DNA of 64,000 nt from Antedon mediterranea (Eukaryota > Animalia > Echinodermata). Made by a program: the position numbers and the translations under genes. Positions 1 to 12,700 of the stretch are shown piece by piece. The notes under the pieces were generated by a model, which saw only the letters and a program-made list of their open reading frames with translations, searched no databases and was not told the origin of the DNA. Numbering within the stretch: the stretch's first letter is position 1; the number at the start of each line of letters is the position of its first letter. The stretch lies in the NCBI RefSeq assembly GCF_964355755.1, contig NC_092672.1, positions 2,914,001 to 2,978,000 of the forward strand. The letters run 5' to 3'.

Positions 1-255
1 AAGTGTCTAAGTTGAATACAGTAAGTGTCTAAGTTGAATACAGTAAGTGTCTAAGTTGAATACAGTAAGTGTCTAAGTTGAATACAGTAAGTATCTAAGT
101 TGAATACAGTAAGTGTCTAAGTTGAATACAGAAAGTGTCTAAGTTGAATACAGTAAGTTGGTAAGTTGAATACAGTAAGTGTCTAAGTTGAATACAGTAA
201 GTGTCTAAGTTGAATACAGTAAGTGTCTAAGTTGATTACAGAAAGTGTCTAAGTT
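1..255. repeat. 22-bp minisatellite (AAGTGTCTAAGTTGAATACAGT)n, ~11.5 copies, truncated by the window edge
   Basis: Near-identical head-to-tail units with no spacers; lies in an SRRM2 intron. Confidence 0.97.
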
Positions 256-679
256 ACTCATGTTATTTAAATTATTTATATATTCATCGAGCAGATACTA
301 GTATTTGATTGAATGCTCACATGTAAACAATACATTTAAATATTCTCTTTGAAACAATTATTTCCATTTTGCCATAACAATTTTATATCTTAATTCACTG
401 ATTTTTACACAAACTGATCACATGAAATAAAAAAAAATACTAGTGCTTGAATTTTAAAGTAAAAATATATCCATCCATCATTTTAAAAGTATAAATAATC
501 ATTTTTGTAAAAGTAAATGTTTTCCACTGACGCCAAAGAAATGTGATGCTTGTAGGCGACTGTTTTGGAAATTGCTTGAAGGAATTTACATAATGACGTG
601 CAAGTTTATTAGGAATTTGAGAATTCATTTAATCAGCATTCATTAAATTATGAAATGTCAAGTGTATTAATGTTCTTAC

Positions 680-715
680 CTTCTATGGCTTCTATGCTTT
701 TTACTTCTATGTGAT
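680..715 (-). CDS. SRRM2: SRRM2 36-nt exon (SHRSKKHRSHR)
   Basis: TTTTTATTTCAG acceptor, GTAAGA donor, phase 2-2, RS/H-rich. Confidence 0.82.
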
Positions 716-3700
716 CTGAAATAAAAATTTCAAAAGTAATATTATTATATAATGGGTTTATCATAAAAAATAATAACTAGTCTATATAAATACGTAGTAA
801 GCTACTAAGAAAAAAAAACATAAAACCTTAATTTACTGAATCTAGATTTGATGTAAAAACAACATAAAGATTTATTTCGTATGTTTATCTAGGTACTTTT
901 TTTTATTTCTACTAACATCATGCACTATGATATGTATATACTGACTATTTCTATTTAAATGTGTCAAATTTTGTTTCTAATATACCAACAACTACAGTAC
1001 TGAATAGGGTATGAGGTCACCTAAAACATGGATCAATGAGGGGTATGTACAGTACTGACTAGGGTATGAGGTCACCTAAAACATGGATCAATGAGGGGTA
1101 TGTACAGTACTGACTAGGGTATGTACAGTACTGACTAGGGTATGAGGTCACCTAAAACATGGATCAATGAGGGGTATGTACAGTACTGACTAGGGTATGA
1201 GGTCACCTAAAACATGGATCAATGAGGGGTATGTACAGTACTGACTAGGGTATGAGGTCACCTAAAACATGGATCAATGAGGGGTATGTACAGTACTGAC
1301 TAGGGTATGAGGTCACCTAAAACATGGATCAATGAGGGGTATGTACAGTACTGACTAGGGTATGAGGTCACCTAAAACATGGATCAATGAGGGGTATGTA
1401 CAGTACTGACTAGGGTATGAGGTCACCTAAAACATGGATCAATGAGGGGTATGTACAGTACTGACTAGGGTATGAGGTCACCTAAAACATGGATCAATGA
1501 GGGGTATGTAAACCTTTGTCTACACATCAAACTATGTTGACAAAAAAAGTGTGATGTGCCCAAATATGGTAGTGATATGACATCATCACGCTCATATATG
1601 GGCACATCACATTTTTTTTGTCGCATAAAGTTTGATAGTGTAGACAGAGCTTTAGAGGATCAAAAATAAGTAGAGTGACCTATAAATAATAATAATTTAT
1701 TATGAATTTGGAAGACTGGCTTACTGTATATACCAGAGTGGGCTTATATTTGAAATATAAAAAGGATGGGCCTATACCTGGGTCAGTAAAGTAATAAAGA
1801 AAGTGAGATGAGTTTAATGCCCAGGGGGGGGGGGGGACCCATCAAAAACAAACACACATACATAGAATACAGTTAGAATAGAAATACCAAATACCAAAAA
1901 CCATAGATAAAGCTCTGTCTACACTATCAAACTTTATGCGACAAAAAAATGTGATGTGCCCATATGGACATGATGATGTCATATCACTACCACATTTGGG
2001 CATATCACTACCATATTTGGGCACATTACACTTTTTTGATAGTGTAGACAGAGCTTTGAGATAGAGTAAAGTGCAAAGACAGCAAGTTTAATTAGGATGC
2101 TTGTTGGATTGTTTTGATGTTAAAGTTTCATTAGTATCAATATCATTCTACAGTGCATTCACATGAATCCTTTATCACATAGTACAGTCACACCATTTTC
2201 CCTAACTAATGTCATTTATTGATTATACATATTTTTTGTTAGTATCGATAAAACTATACTAGTAATAATAATATAATGGTTACTTTAATTTGAACAATCG
2301 TTTCAATTTAACAATTTTGATAAAATTTATAAATCATATCACCGGTTAATAATTTAATTTGTAATTTTTTTACAAATGTAACATCACCATATTTGTTTAA
2401 CAAAATTTGGTTGAAATATATTGAAGCATTAATCAATATAATTTTTTTTCCGTTTATTTATTCTACAACAATCTAGGGATTACGTTGGCAGAACAACGCC
2501 ATAACACATTGTGTCCGCAACCAATAAAATTGTTATTGGTTTTACAATGGATAGAGAATTTTTGTACTCTGTATTATTTTTTCAAAAATAAAAGATGAAA
2601 TGAATATAGAAAACTAAGTTGATTAGTAGAATTTACTCAAATGAAATTATATTTGAATAAAAGTGTGCAAAAGTTTATTTATTTTATGTGAAATAATTTA
2701 AATTTGTATAAGTAAGAATAATGATTGATTGGAATTATGGTTGTAATTTCAACTTACTTATGTGGTTTACTGTTGTGTGTAGAACTCTCAATCCTAGGAG
2801 AAAAAGTCCAAAAAATATAATATTAAGCACCAAACAAAAACAAAACTACTTTTAGTTAAGAAATAATTTTTAAACCTGACTGGATATAAACTTAAAAGTT
2901 TGCTGTTAGGCTGTATGATGGATGGGATGAACTGAAGCAGACAATAAAGAAATGAAAAAAAAGGAAGGACTAAAAGATGATGTCATGCTAAATTACACAT
3001 TTTGTATTAAAGTGTTCTTCTTTATTTTTGAGCAAACACAAAAGTTCGTAAAAATGAATTTGGGCAAAATGTTTCCATTAAATTTTAATGAACATGTAGT
3101 TTCAATACATTATCTTGTTATTTTTATGTTTCATGCTTGGCAATCATGCAAAAAAATATCCCTACAATTGAAGGTCAGAGGTTGTGACCTCCAACCAACA
3201 AAATCATGTGACAGAAAAACAAATAAACATATGACACCTTTACATGTTTTTGTCCAATCCTAGACTACACACAAAATACTGACAAATTAATATACGTTCC
3301 ACCATCTATTAAGTATAATGCTTAATCAATATTCAGGTGGTTAAGTACAATACTTAATCAAATTCCAGGTGGATCTTTAAAAAATGTAAATTCAAATAAT
3401 AATCTTAATTTAGATATAATATTGTGATTTTGTTTTAATCTGTATTAATGATAAACTTTTGAGTTCATGACAGCAGATGTAAATGAAATGATTTCAATTT
3501 CTTAATAATCGTTTAAATTTGTAGATAAAGAAAGATTAAAAATAAAACGCAAACAATACAAGAACTTAGCTTACATTTAAACCTTGATGTATGTTTCCAG
3601 AATGCAGAATGTTACAAAGTAATTGAATTTGAAATTTTAAATTAAAATCTTTGGTGTAAAAACGAGGACACATTTAAATAAACAAAGAAGTATACAATGT

Positions 3701-6700
3701 TGCAATTTATCAAGTAATGTCGATATATTTACAATATTCATATGTAAAAATTTGTACCTCAATTTTTAGAAAGCTATAATAACAATTCATGAAAAAAAAA
3801 CAAGATGTTAATTGAGTTAAAGATAATTGCATTTTACAAAAGAATGTCAAGCAGAATGTACACATAATACTTGCACCTCTTCCTACCTGTGTACATTTTT
3901 TTAATTTTTTCGAGCAATGAAATTAATACTAAAAAAATCATTCATTGTTACAAACTGCCTGTAATGAGATTAGAATATTTGAAATACAATATTATTAATA
4001 TTTAAATTGTATTTTTTAAAGGATCATTCCATTATTGAAGCAGGATAAATTCTGATCACAATAATGGAATATCCCATGTTTAGTAAATGCTAGAATACTT
4101 TTAGTTCTGGAATAATTCAATAACTCTACATATCACCATGTTGGTGGTACATAAAGAATAAGAATCATATAATTACTTTTGGTTGCCAAATCATAAATTT
4201 GTCTGTGAATCAATTAATCTGTCCACTCAATACAGGCAGTATATTTCTATGCAAATACCATTGATCATTATAACACAAACAGTAACCCACAGTGAATTAA
4301 AAGAAGGATGAAAAGCATGTTAAGAGCTCAGTGGAGTAGTAGGGTGATAGATAAATAAAAAAAAAAGAAGAAAACCAAAATCACGGCAAACTACACAACA
4401 CGGTTTGACATCAATAAAAGGAATGAAACGAGAAATAACATATAATTATCATGCATACAATGTGATAAACATGAAAAGAGATATACCAATAATGCGTGGT
4501 AGTACAGTAGTACTAAGACAATCTGTAGAGTAGTGACAATAGGGGGTGTGGTTCAATAGCATGATACCACGCCAAGACAAAAACCAACAGAGCATAACAA
4601 TCGTCTGCACATGTCTATCATAAACCAATAATTTGCATTTTTCATCCTTTTGGTAATAAACTAAGTACATCAAATTTGGCATAGATGATTATAATGTAGT
4701 TATCACATTAAATCTCTGACGTCCCTAACAAATTTATTGGCGGCGTCACTCCTGCGAAGCCTTCCTTGCAGGTACTGTACTATACAGACCTTTTGCTAAA
4801 CCAATAAAAGTAAGAATTTACCGCAAATCAGTTATTTTTATACAATGCTTATTGGTTTTAGAGATGTACTGAGGAATATAATATTCTATTTTTCCGTAGG
4901 TTTTTGGCGTCGTTCCATGAAATTGAAAAGTCTGTGAGGAAGCGTTTCAGCTTGTTTGATTTCCAATGAACATGAGAACCGATTTATAGAATACTCTCCA
5001 GAATTACAAATGAATAAAAAAAAAATTTAAAAATGTGTGCAGTATGTAAGCTCGGCACACAATTCTCAGTTAGTATTAATGTTACAATGGCTCAATTCTG
5101 ATTGGACAAGAATACCATTTTGTGAGTGTAGACAATTTTAATAGAAACTATGAATATGTTAGTGTATGATTATCGGCCATCTATCTTATAATAATAGTTA
5201 TTCCCATAATACTATACTAAAGGTACCTATTATTAGAATGGACACATTTATTACACACATACTAATAATAATAGTACATTAATATTCTAACAATATAATG
5301 CCCTATAAACAAAATTCCACAAAATGTTATAGTTTCATTTTTTTAATTAATATATTATTTTACCAAATTACTAAAATAGACATGTCTACAGTCTACTATT
5401 CTTACAGTGATGTCATCCATGAGACAATAGAAAAATAAAACCTTTGTGACTTTTCTTCCAAACTAATAATCAATAATTTATCAATTAAATAAACTAATCA
5501 ATCAATTAAATCAATCAATTAATTTTGTATCATTTACAAAAATATTAAATATGTGGCGCTATTCACAAATACCAGTCAGTAATGTATTTATCACTGTGCG
5601 TTCAACATTACTTACAATGGAACACATTTTGTTTTTGGGCAAAAAGATAGGAAATAAAATTAATATTTTGGTAATTTCTTTACCTTCTATTTCAAATTTT
5701 ATTTTGAAGGAAGTTATTCAATTATGATTATTTCATTTAAAAAAACAGTTAAAAAAAGTTAAATATGAATGATGCGTTATTTCAGAAGCGTCACAACATA
5801 TCAATCATAGATTTAGTAATGTTCCATCGTGAATTGAGCACACAGTGATTTTTTATCTATCAAAGACTGGAGGCCAAAGGTCAAAGTGCTAAAAGTAGGT
5901 TCTTGTTGTGTCGTCGCAGAACCTTCGATATCCTACGTTTCTTTTTATTACTGACACACATGCACACTATCAGCTTTTACCTTCAATGTTTAATGCCTGC
6001 TAAAGGTAAACAATTATTAAGTGAAGGCAAAGAAAAGATGAAGAAAAAAAAAAGAAATTTATAAATTATGTTTCGTGTGTTGTGTAAGGAAATCTTTTGG
6101 GGGAATTGGTTAGTATAGCAACAATCTTTCAAGCGGAACTTGTTACATAAATATTGATATATACTCATGTTTATTCATATTTATTCATGAGTATGCTAAT
6201 GAGTAAACAAATGGGAGTCACCGACTGGCAACGTTTCACAAACTAGTATCTAAGACACATGCAACAATGTCTTTTTTTCTTTACAAAAATAATTTAAAAA
6301 TATTATATTATATTGTAAAATGTAGCTATAAGTATTCCACTAAGTGTCAAATTACTTGGTTCTTAATATTTTCTGAAGCATTTTAAGAAATAATATTTAT
6401 TATAAAAACGTGAATAACGCATAAATATACAATGTAAGATAAGAACCAATACAACATACATACAGTACTGTACATCGTTCAAAATAGAAAATCAGTTTTC
6501 ATAAAAATATGAAGAAAAACTAATTTAAAAATTAAGTGAAACATTTTAAGTGCACACACATTAAGTGATCACTATATGGAGGCTTAATTTGAGAGGCATT
6601 AAGATAATTCAAAATATAAATCACAAATATATATTATTATATTTAAATAATTGCCTTAAAAGGATTTTTTTTCCAGAAATAAAAGCTTCTTTTCTCCTAT

Positions 6701-9700
6701 ACATTCATTAAAACAAAGATAAGCATTTGTTAATTAACTTTACATGAACAACTGAAATATAATTTGAAAAGTTGCCTTAGGGGAATGAATAATTGTACAA
6801 TAACATGGCTGATGCAAAGTCAATATTAAATAAAAACCACCATCATCCATTTTAATCAGTAAGCAATTATTCATTAATAATTTTAAATTACTTTTGGCCG
6901 TTGAACAAAGAGTGTATTGTTTAATTTTAACTTTAGTGAAATATTTATAACTACTTCATCCTCCTATTCAAGACATATTATTATACAAACTTAAAAAGGT
7001 CATTACTGGTTGGATAAACCAAGACCACGTAAATACACGTAGGTCACATGATGTGAAATCTTTACCTGTCCTTCTTTCTTTTATGCGATTTCTTTCTTTC
7101 TTTTCTAACGGGTGATTCACTCTCCGATCTAAAAAAATACAAAATTCTTGTTAATTTTTAATATAAAGATTAATAATTCTATAATTTCAAACTGTATATC
7201 AATTAATTGAATTTTGATTTAGAATCGTAATGGAATATAATATTTATAATAATACACAATGAAGAAATATACAGAATAATTATACTGTAAGATATAAAAT
7301 CATTATGTCATTATTTAAAATAGAATCTATACCTGGCTGTCAATTGTGTCTATCTAAAACAATCTCACATTAATACACACAGAAAGTATTGTTTCTTTAT
7401 GCTTTGTAAACATTTGATATTGTTGATGTGAATAATGTTGATGAAATTTGATATTTTATTTACAGTAGTTGAAATAAAAACACTACTGTACACCAATCAT
7501 GCCAATAAAACAAAACATAGTATTATATTGTACATGTTCCACAGTACAGTAAAACCCATGTTTTGGGACACTCTTTATTCAGGAACATCAGTTTTTAAAG
7601 TGGACACTTTTATGACTTGAATTGGTAATAATGTGTTTCAGCAGGCCAGCTGCCCTTAAGGGCATTTCACACCTGTTCCGGCACGGTTCCGGTCGGTCGA
7701 ATCGAACGCCAATGTTTCGTTTTTATGACGCTCTACGTAGCTATGCGCCAATTGATATGCGCGTAGTGGCTACGTGAAAACGAAACATTGATGTTCAATT
7801 GGATTTGCCGGCACCGGACCGGAACCGTGCCTGGAACAGGTGTGAAAGACCCTTTTAGTCAGGGGACATCCATATAGGGAGACTTTGTTGGGTGCCGAAG
7901 ATGATCCCTTTAATACTTAGTGTGTTCTACTGTGTTTTTGGTTTATCCAGGTAAGCTACAGTAGGCACGAAATAGACTTAAAATGATGATATTGAAACAT
8001 GGTACTGCGTACAGTCTAAATGTTCTTATTTATAGCTAGTACTCTGTATATGATATTTTATTTCATACTCATACAACAGCGAGTAACCCGCCAATTACAG
8101 GATGGATAAACTATTTAATAATTTCACAAGACAAACATAAACACAAGATGCTCTACATAAACAAAGACTTATTATTAAGTCTTTGGGAGTGGAGTTGTAA
8201 ATTGTCATGAGAAAAAAACCCTGACATATGACAGGACTTAAACCCAGGACCCTTAGATTGGTAGTCAAGCATCATAACCACCAAGCCACAGCTCATATTT
8301 GCTTGCCAAAACTGTAAAGCAGTATCAGTATTCTTTTCTTACGCTTCATAAAATTCAACACCAGACACTGGTGATGCATTTATGAATATTTAATACAAGG
8401 CAACTTTGCATCATTGACAACTGTGAAAATTCTCACTTCTTCACAGCACCGAACAACTGCACGACATTAATTATTTTGTGACGGGAATCAATATTATACA
8501 AACATCATTAAATGGATATGAATAGCAAAATGGTAAATCTATACACTATATTCCTCAAGTTTGGATACAAATAAAAGACCCTATCCTCCAGCTGTTATTT
8601 GAAAGACAGGCGACAGTGTGTTATCGGCATCAGGAGTTCAACACCAAAGCTCGTTGTCGCATTGCTTGTGTCCTTATACACCTCTATCCATCCAGGTGTA
8701 AATGGGTACCAATGGCCATATTCACCATTCACACTTAAATATTAACATTTAAAAATATATCTATCTAATCTAAGTAAATACAATTTAAGGGAAATACTTA
8801 AATATTTATTGAGTTAAGTGAAATATTTAATATTTAAGGGCAATATCTAACTTAAGTGTGATTTGTGAATACAGCCACTGGTATGTGAAGGTCAAATACA
8901 ATTACGCTTATTACTAATACTAGCTACTGTGCATAATTATGGGAGATGACCGTACGTGTTTGATCCAATGAACGGGGTAATAGTGTGAAGCACTTTGAGA
9001 ATTAAGCGCTAGCCCACAGTATAAGAATAAAATTGACATATTCATTATTATACTACAGTACGTACTAAACCCAGCATATACTATGCTATTGCTATTAATG
9101 ATAATAAATTGATAATGTAATAATAAAAAAAAAGATCAGCTTTGGGAAATATGTAAATAAAAATGTTTTAAACGTAATATTAATAATTATCAAATGTGTG
9201 TCAGGTGATATCCTTATGTTTTGCTGATGAGACGATATTTTAACTTTGCATAAGAACATCTATCAACAATATTAATAAAAGCAAGATAAAATCAATGATG
9301 ATTGATGGTAAGCATTTTACTACTATACATTACCTATCTCGTTTTGAACGTTTCCTCCGTCTGTTAGTAGCATATAATAAACAAAACAAGGACATTTTAC
9401 TTACATGAAAATAATGATATAAAACAAATTGTGAAAGACAGTTTTGTCAACAGGACAAAGCGTCTAGCCTGTCAAATTGTACGGTAACAAATTGAAGATA
9501 GTAGATCAATTAAAATGCTAAAACACATGTTGAGTATTTTCTATCACATGTTTGTGATATTTTGAGAGAATCTTTGTATTTGGTTTGTAGACTTTCACAA
9601 GTATTAAAAATTATAGATTTCAAAGCATTTTAAGAACAGAAATTTGGATAGCTTTATTTCACAAAGAATTAAATATGATTTTAAAAAAAATAAAATTTCC

Positions 9701-12700
9701 ATAATGTCTAGATTCTTTATTCTATCAAATTTTGACAAATATTTGTCATCTCTAGTTTCCATTTTTGAAAGAAATAAAGACAATTTGTATTTGCACTGAA
9801 GAAAATGTATAAAAACCAAAAACAGTAAATATAGTGGTACGAATAAAAAGATAGTATGCTTACCGACTATGACTGTGAGATTTCTTCTTCTTTCGTTTTG
9901 ATGAGGTTTTTTCTTCCTCTTCATAATCTGGTTCTTCCAAAATTCTGTAAACAGAAAACAAACATAACTGGTCCAATTTTTCTCTGTATTTTTTAGATAT
10001 TTAAAAAACACAAGCTGATAGAGAATACATTTACAATGCAGGTAGGCTTCACTATAATTACCAAACTTTTGTTAAAAGAAAAATAAATTGGTAATGCAAT
10101 TTGTTTACATGCTAATTCCAAATATTTTTACTCGGGGTACCCGAGTCTAGGACTTACTCATTTTCTCCTCCTCCTCCATCTGGACACTATTGAGTAAAAA
10201 GTGTGATTTTTAAAGTACTACTCCTCCCTTATTAGTTGTAGTATTGAGCTCGGATTTAGCATGAATATACTACAGGGACATGTCCTCAAAGCTATAGAGC
10301 CGGATTTTTAAATTTCAAACCGGATGCAGCCATATCACGTCTCGAAGATGGTACCGTATAGCCGTATTTGGTAGTGCGGTTATTGATGTGTATGTGACGT
10401 TACATCCGGTCTTATGACGTCATTACAGCTTCTTTCGCTGTACCCCGAGTATTGCACATTCGTGCTTGTTTAAATAGCATGTTTGGATGTATTTTGTAAT
10501 AATTGTAGTGCCCTCTATGGTTTGGCAACACTTTATAATGTTTCTTGATATTTCATATTGGGACACCTGTAGTCTATAAATCTTGCATCACAAAAAAAAA
10601 AAGAACCTACTCGTAATTCTTTTGTTTTTCTTTGGCTGCTGCTTCTTTAGCCCTTCTATCAGGGTCAAATGAACTGCCATCCACGTAATTGTCACCGATT
10701 CCAAAGGCTTCCCTCAGCTTAGCATTCTGTTTTTCTTTCGCTTCAGCCAGCTGGTGAGTCTCCATTATTCTAAAAATTTAAGAAAACAATAAATACGTTT
10801 ATTATAAAGTCAAGTCAACGTAAAAAATTCATTTTTATTATAGTACACCAAATAGTTTATATTTGAAGCACATGGCTGGGCAAGAAATGGACTAGCCGGT
10901 AAATATCTAAAGTACAATACTAAATACTAGTAGAGAGGCCAAATACACAAAAGTCCTCTATAAAAAGTTTGGGGGGCATTTTTTGTTAATAGCAGGCAAC
11001 CATGTTGAATGTATCCTTTGTGGGGTGACAAAAACGATAGGGGTGGATGCCATCTTCAGTTTTGGGTTTTAAGGTCAGTTTATGTGGTCAAGAGGTCAAA
11101 CAAGGTCAAAATATAGGATTTTTTTTTATTCACGGAAAATCATCTACATCATCAGATCTATCCAAAAAGGTATATCTGAAGATCAACTGATGCTTCATAT
11201 TATAGTAATTATGAGATAAACATTTAATTTTACACATAAAAACATAGGAAATTAAATATAAAAGTGTCATTTTCTCAAAATGTTGTTTTCACATATTTCT
11301 GTAAAGTACACACAGTTTTTTAATAGGCTTTTCCCAGTCATTGTAAATTTGTCTTTTTCATGTTGTCCACCAGTCATCGTTTTGATTTTTGTCGGGAAAA
11401 AATAGGTCAAGTGTTATATGTATGAAACGCCATATGTGCCAAAAGATTGGTCTTTTACTATAATATTAATATTACCTATAATAATTAATGTAATACAGTA
11501 ATATTTAGAAATTTGTTTTTAGAAAAATTATTAATATTACCTATAATAATGTAATAATACTTAGAATTTGTTTTTAGAAAAATTTCGAAAACAGAGACCC
11601 CCTATATGAACAAGTTTTTATTGAAGTTTGTTGTTTCAAGAAATCTCGAAAGAGAAACCTGGGTATCGAGTCTTTGCTTTCAAAAACCCTAACTATTGGA
11701 CTTTATCAAGGTTGGAAGGAGTGGTAATTGGGGACTTCTTCTTGAGGCCTTCGCATCTATGCTATCATGGCTGACGGTGATAACAAATATAAAACTCCTT
11801 AAAGTGGAGCTACACTCAGACTTTCTCAGCTTATATCATGTTTAAGTATGTTTAATTGAAAGTGATTACATAAAAAAAACCAGGAAAATACGGAAATATT
11901 TTCCAAAAACTCATTTCTAAAAAATCGGTCAGGAAATAGTGTTTTTTAACACATTACAGTTTTTCAGTAACTTAGAGGTTATTAGTTTACAATACGTCGC
12001 AAAACGCGTTACACTTAGCGACTGACGCGTTTTAGTCGCCGGTCAACGCATTGATGAAATGTCTCCCCTTTGGTAAATTATGTGTCGAAAAATGGGGAAT
12101 AAATTTTATACACACAATTAATACGATTTGTTTAGGCCTAAGTAATATTTCCGATAAGAATGTGTGTATAATTTACATGTAACCTCATGATTTTCACTGT
12201 ACAACAACAGCATAATAATCTTATCAGATTGCTTTTAACTTTAAGCTAGGGCTAGGCCTAGCTCAGCCGTCTGCTCAGCCTAGCTAGCCTTGAATTTTTG
12301 TCTAGAGGCCTATGTATTCATAGGCATGGTCGTTTCGCCCCATTTATCGTTCCTGGGTTTTCTCTCACATTAAGAATTGTGAAACACAAAATCCTATAGT
12401 ATACAGAACAAGAGTAGTAAAGAGTAGTAAAGCGATGTGCAAGCTTAGACCTGACTGACTGAAAAGCAACTATTCAGGCACCCTATCATGGCCCATGGGT
12501 AGGCCAAGGTCGGGTGCCAGCAAAACAAACTTCACTGCTGTCAGCCTAGCCTAGCTAGAGGCCAAGCAGCATCGGTACATACCTACACTCTAGTAGGCCT
12601 AGCTTTATTGAATATATAGCCACGTCTTTCTCAAATCTCGTTAAATTTGACATTTTAGTAATAGTCTCATAATCACATTATTACACTGTGAAACATAATA

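Noticed and set aside
1-1510. CRISPR-like arrays (22-bp and 55-bp repeats)
   Set aside because: Units are contiguous with no unique spacers, there are no cas genes, and the context is a eukaryotic intron.
1842-2024. 60-aa ORF (also 33989-34171)
   Set aside because: Translation of MITE family A internal repeats.
5592-5847. RAG/Transib transposon with RSS-like ends
   Set aside because: Heptamer-like termini only; no nonamer, no 5-bp TSD and no coding sequence.
9604-10011. 135-aa ORF on -
   Set aside because: It overlaps SRRM2 exon 4 in a different frame; the rest is AT-rich intron.
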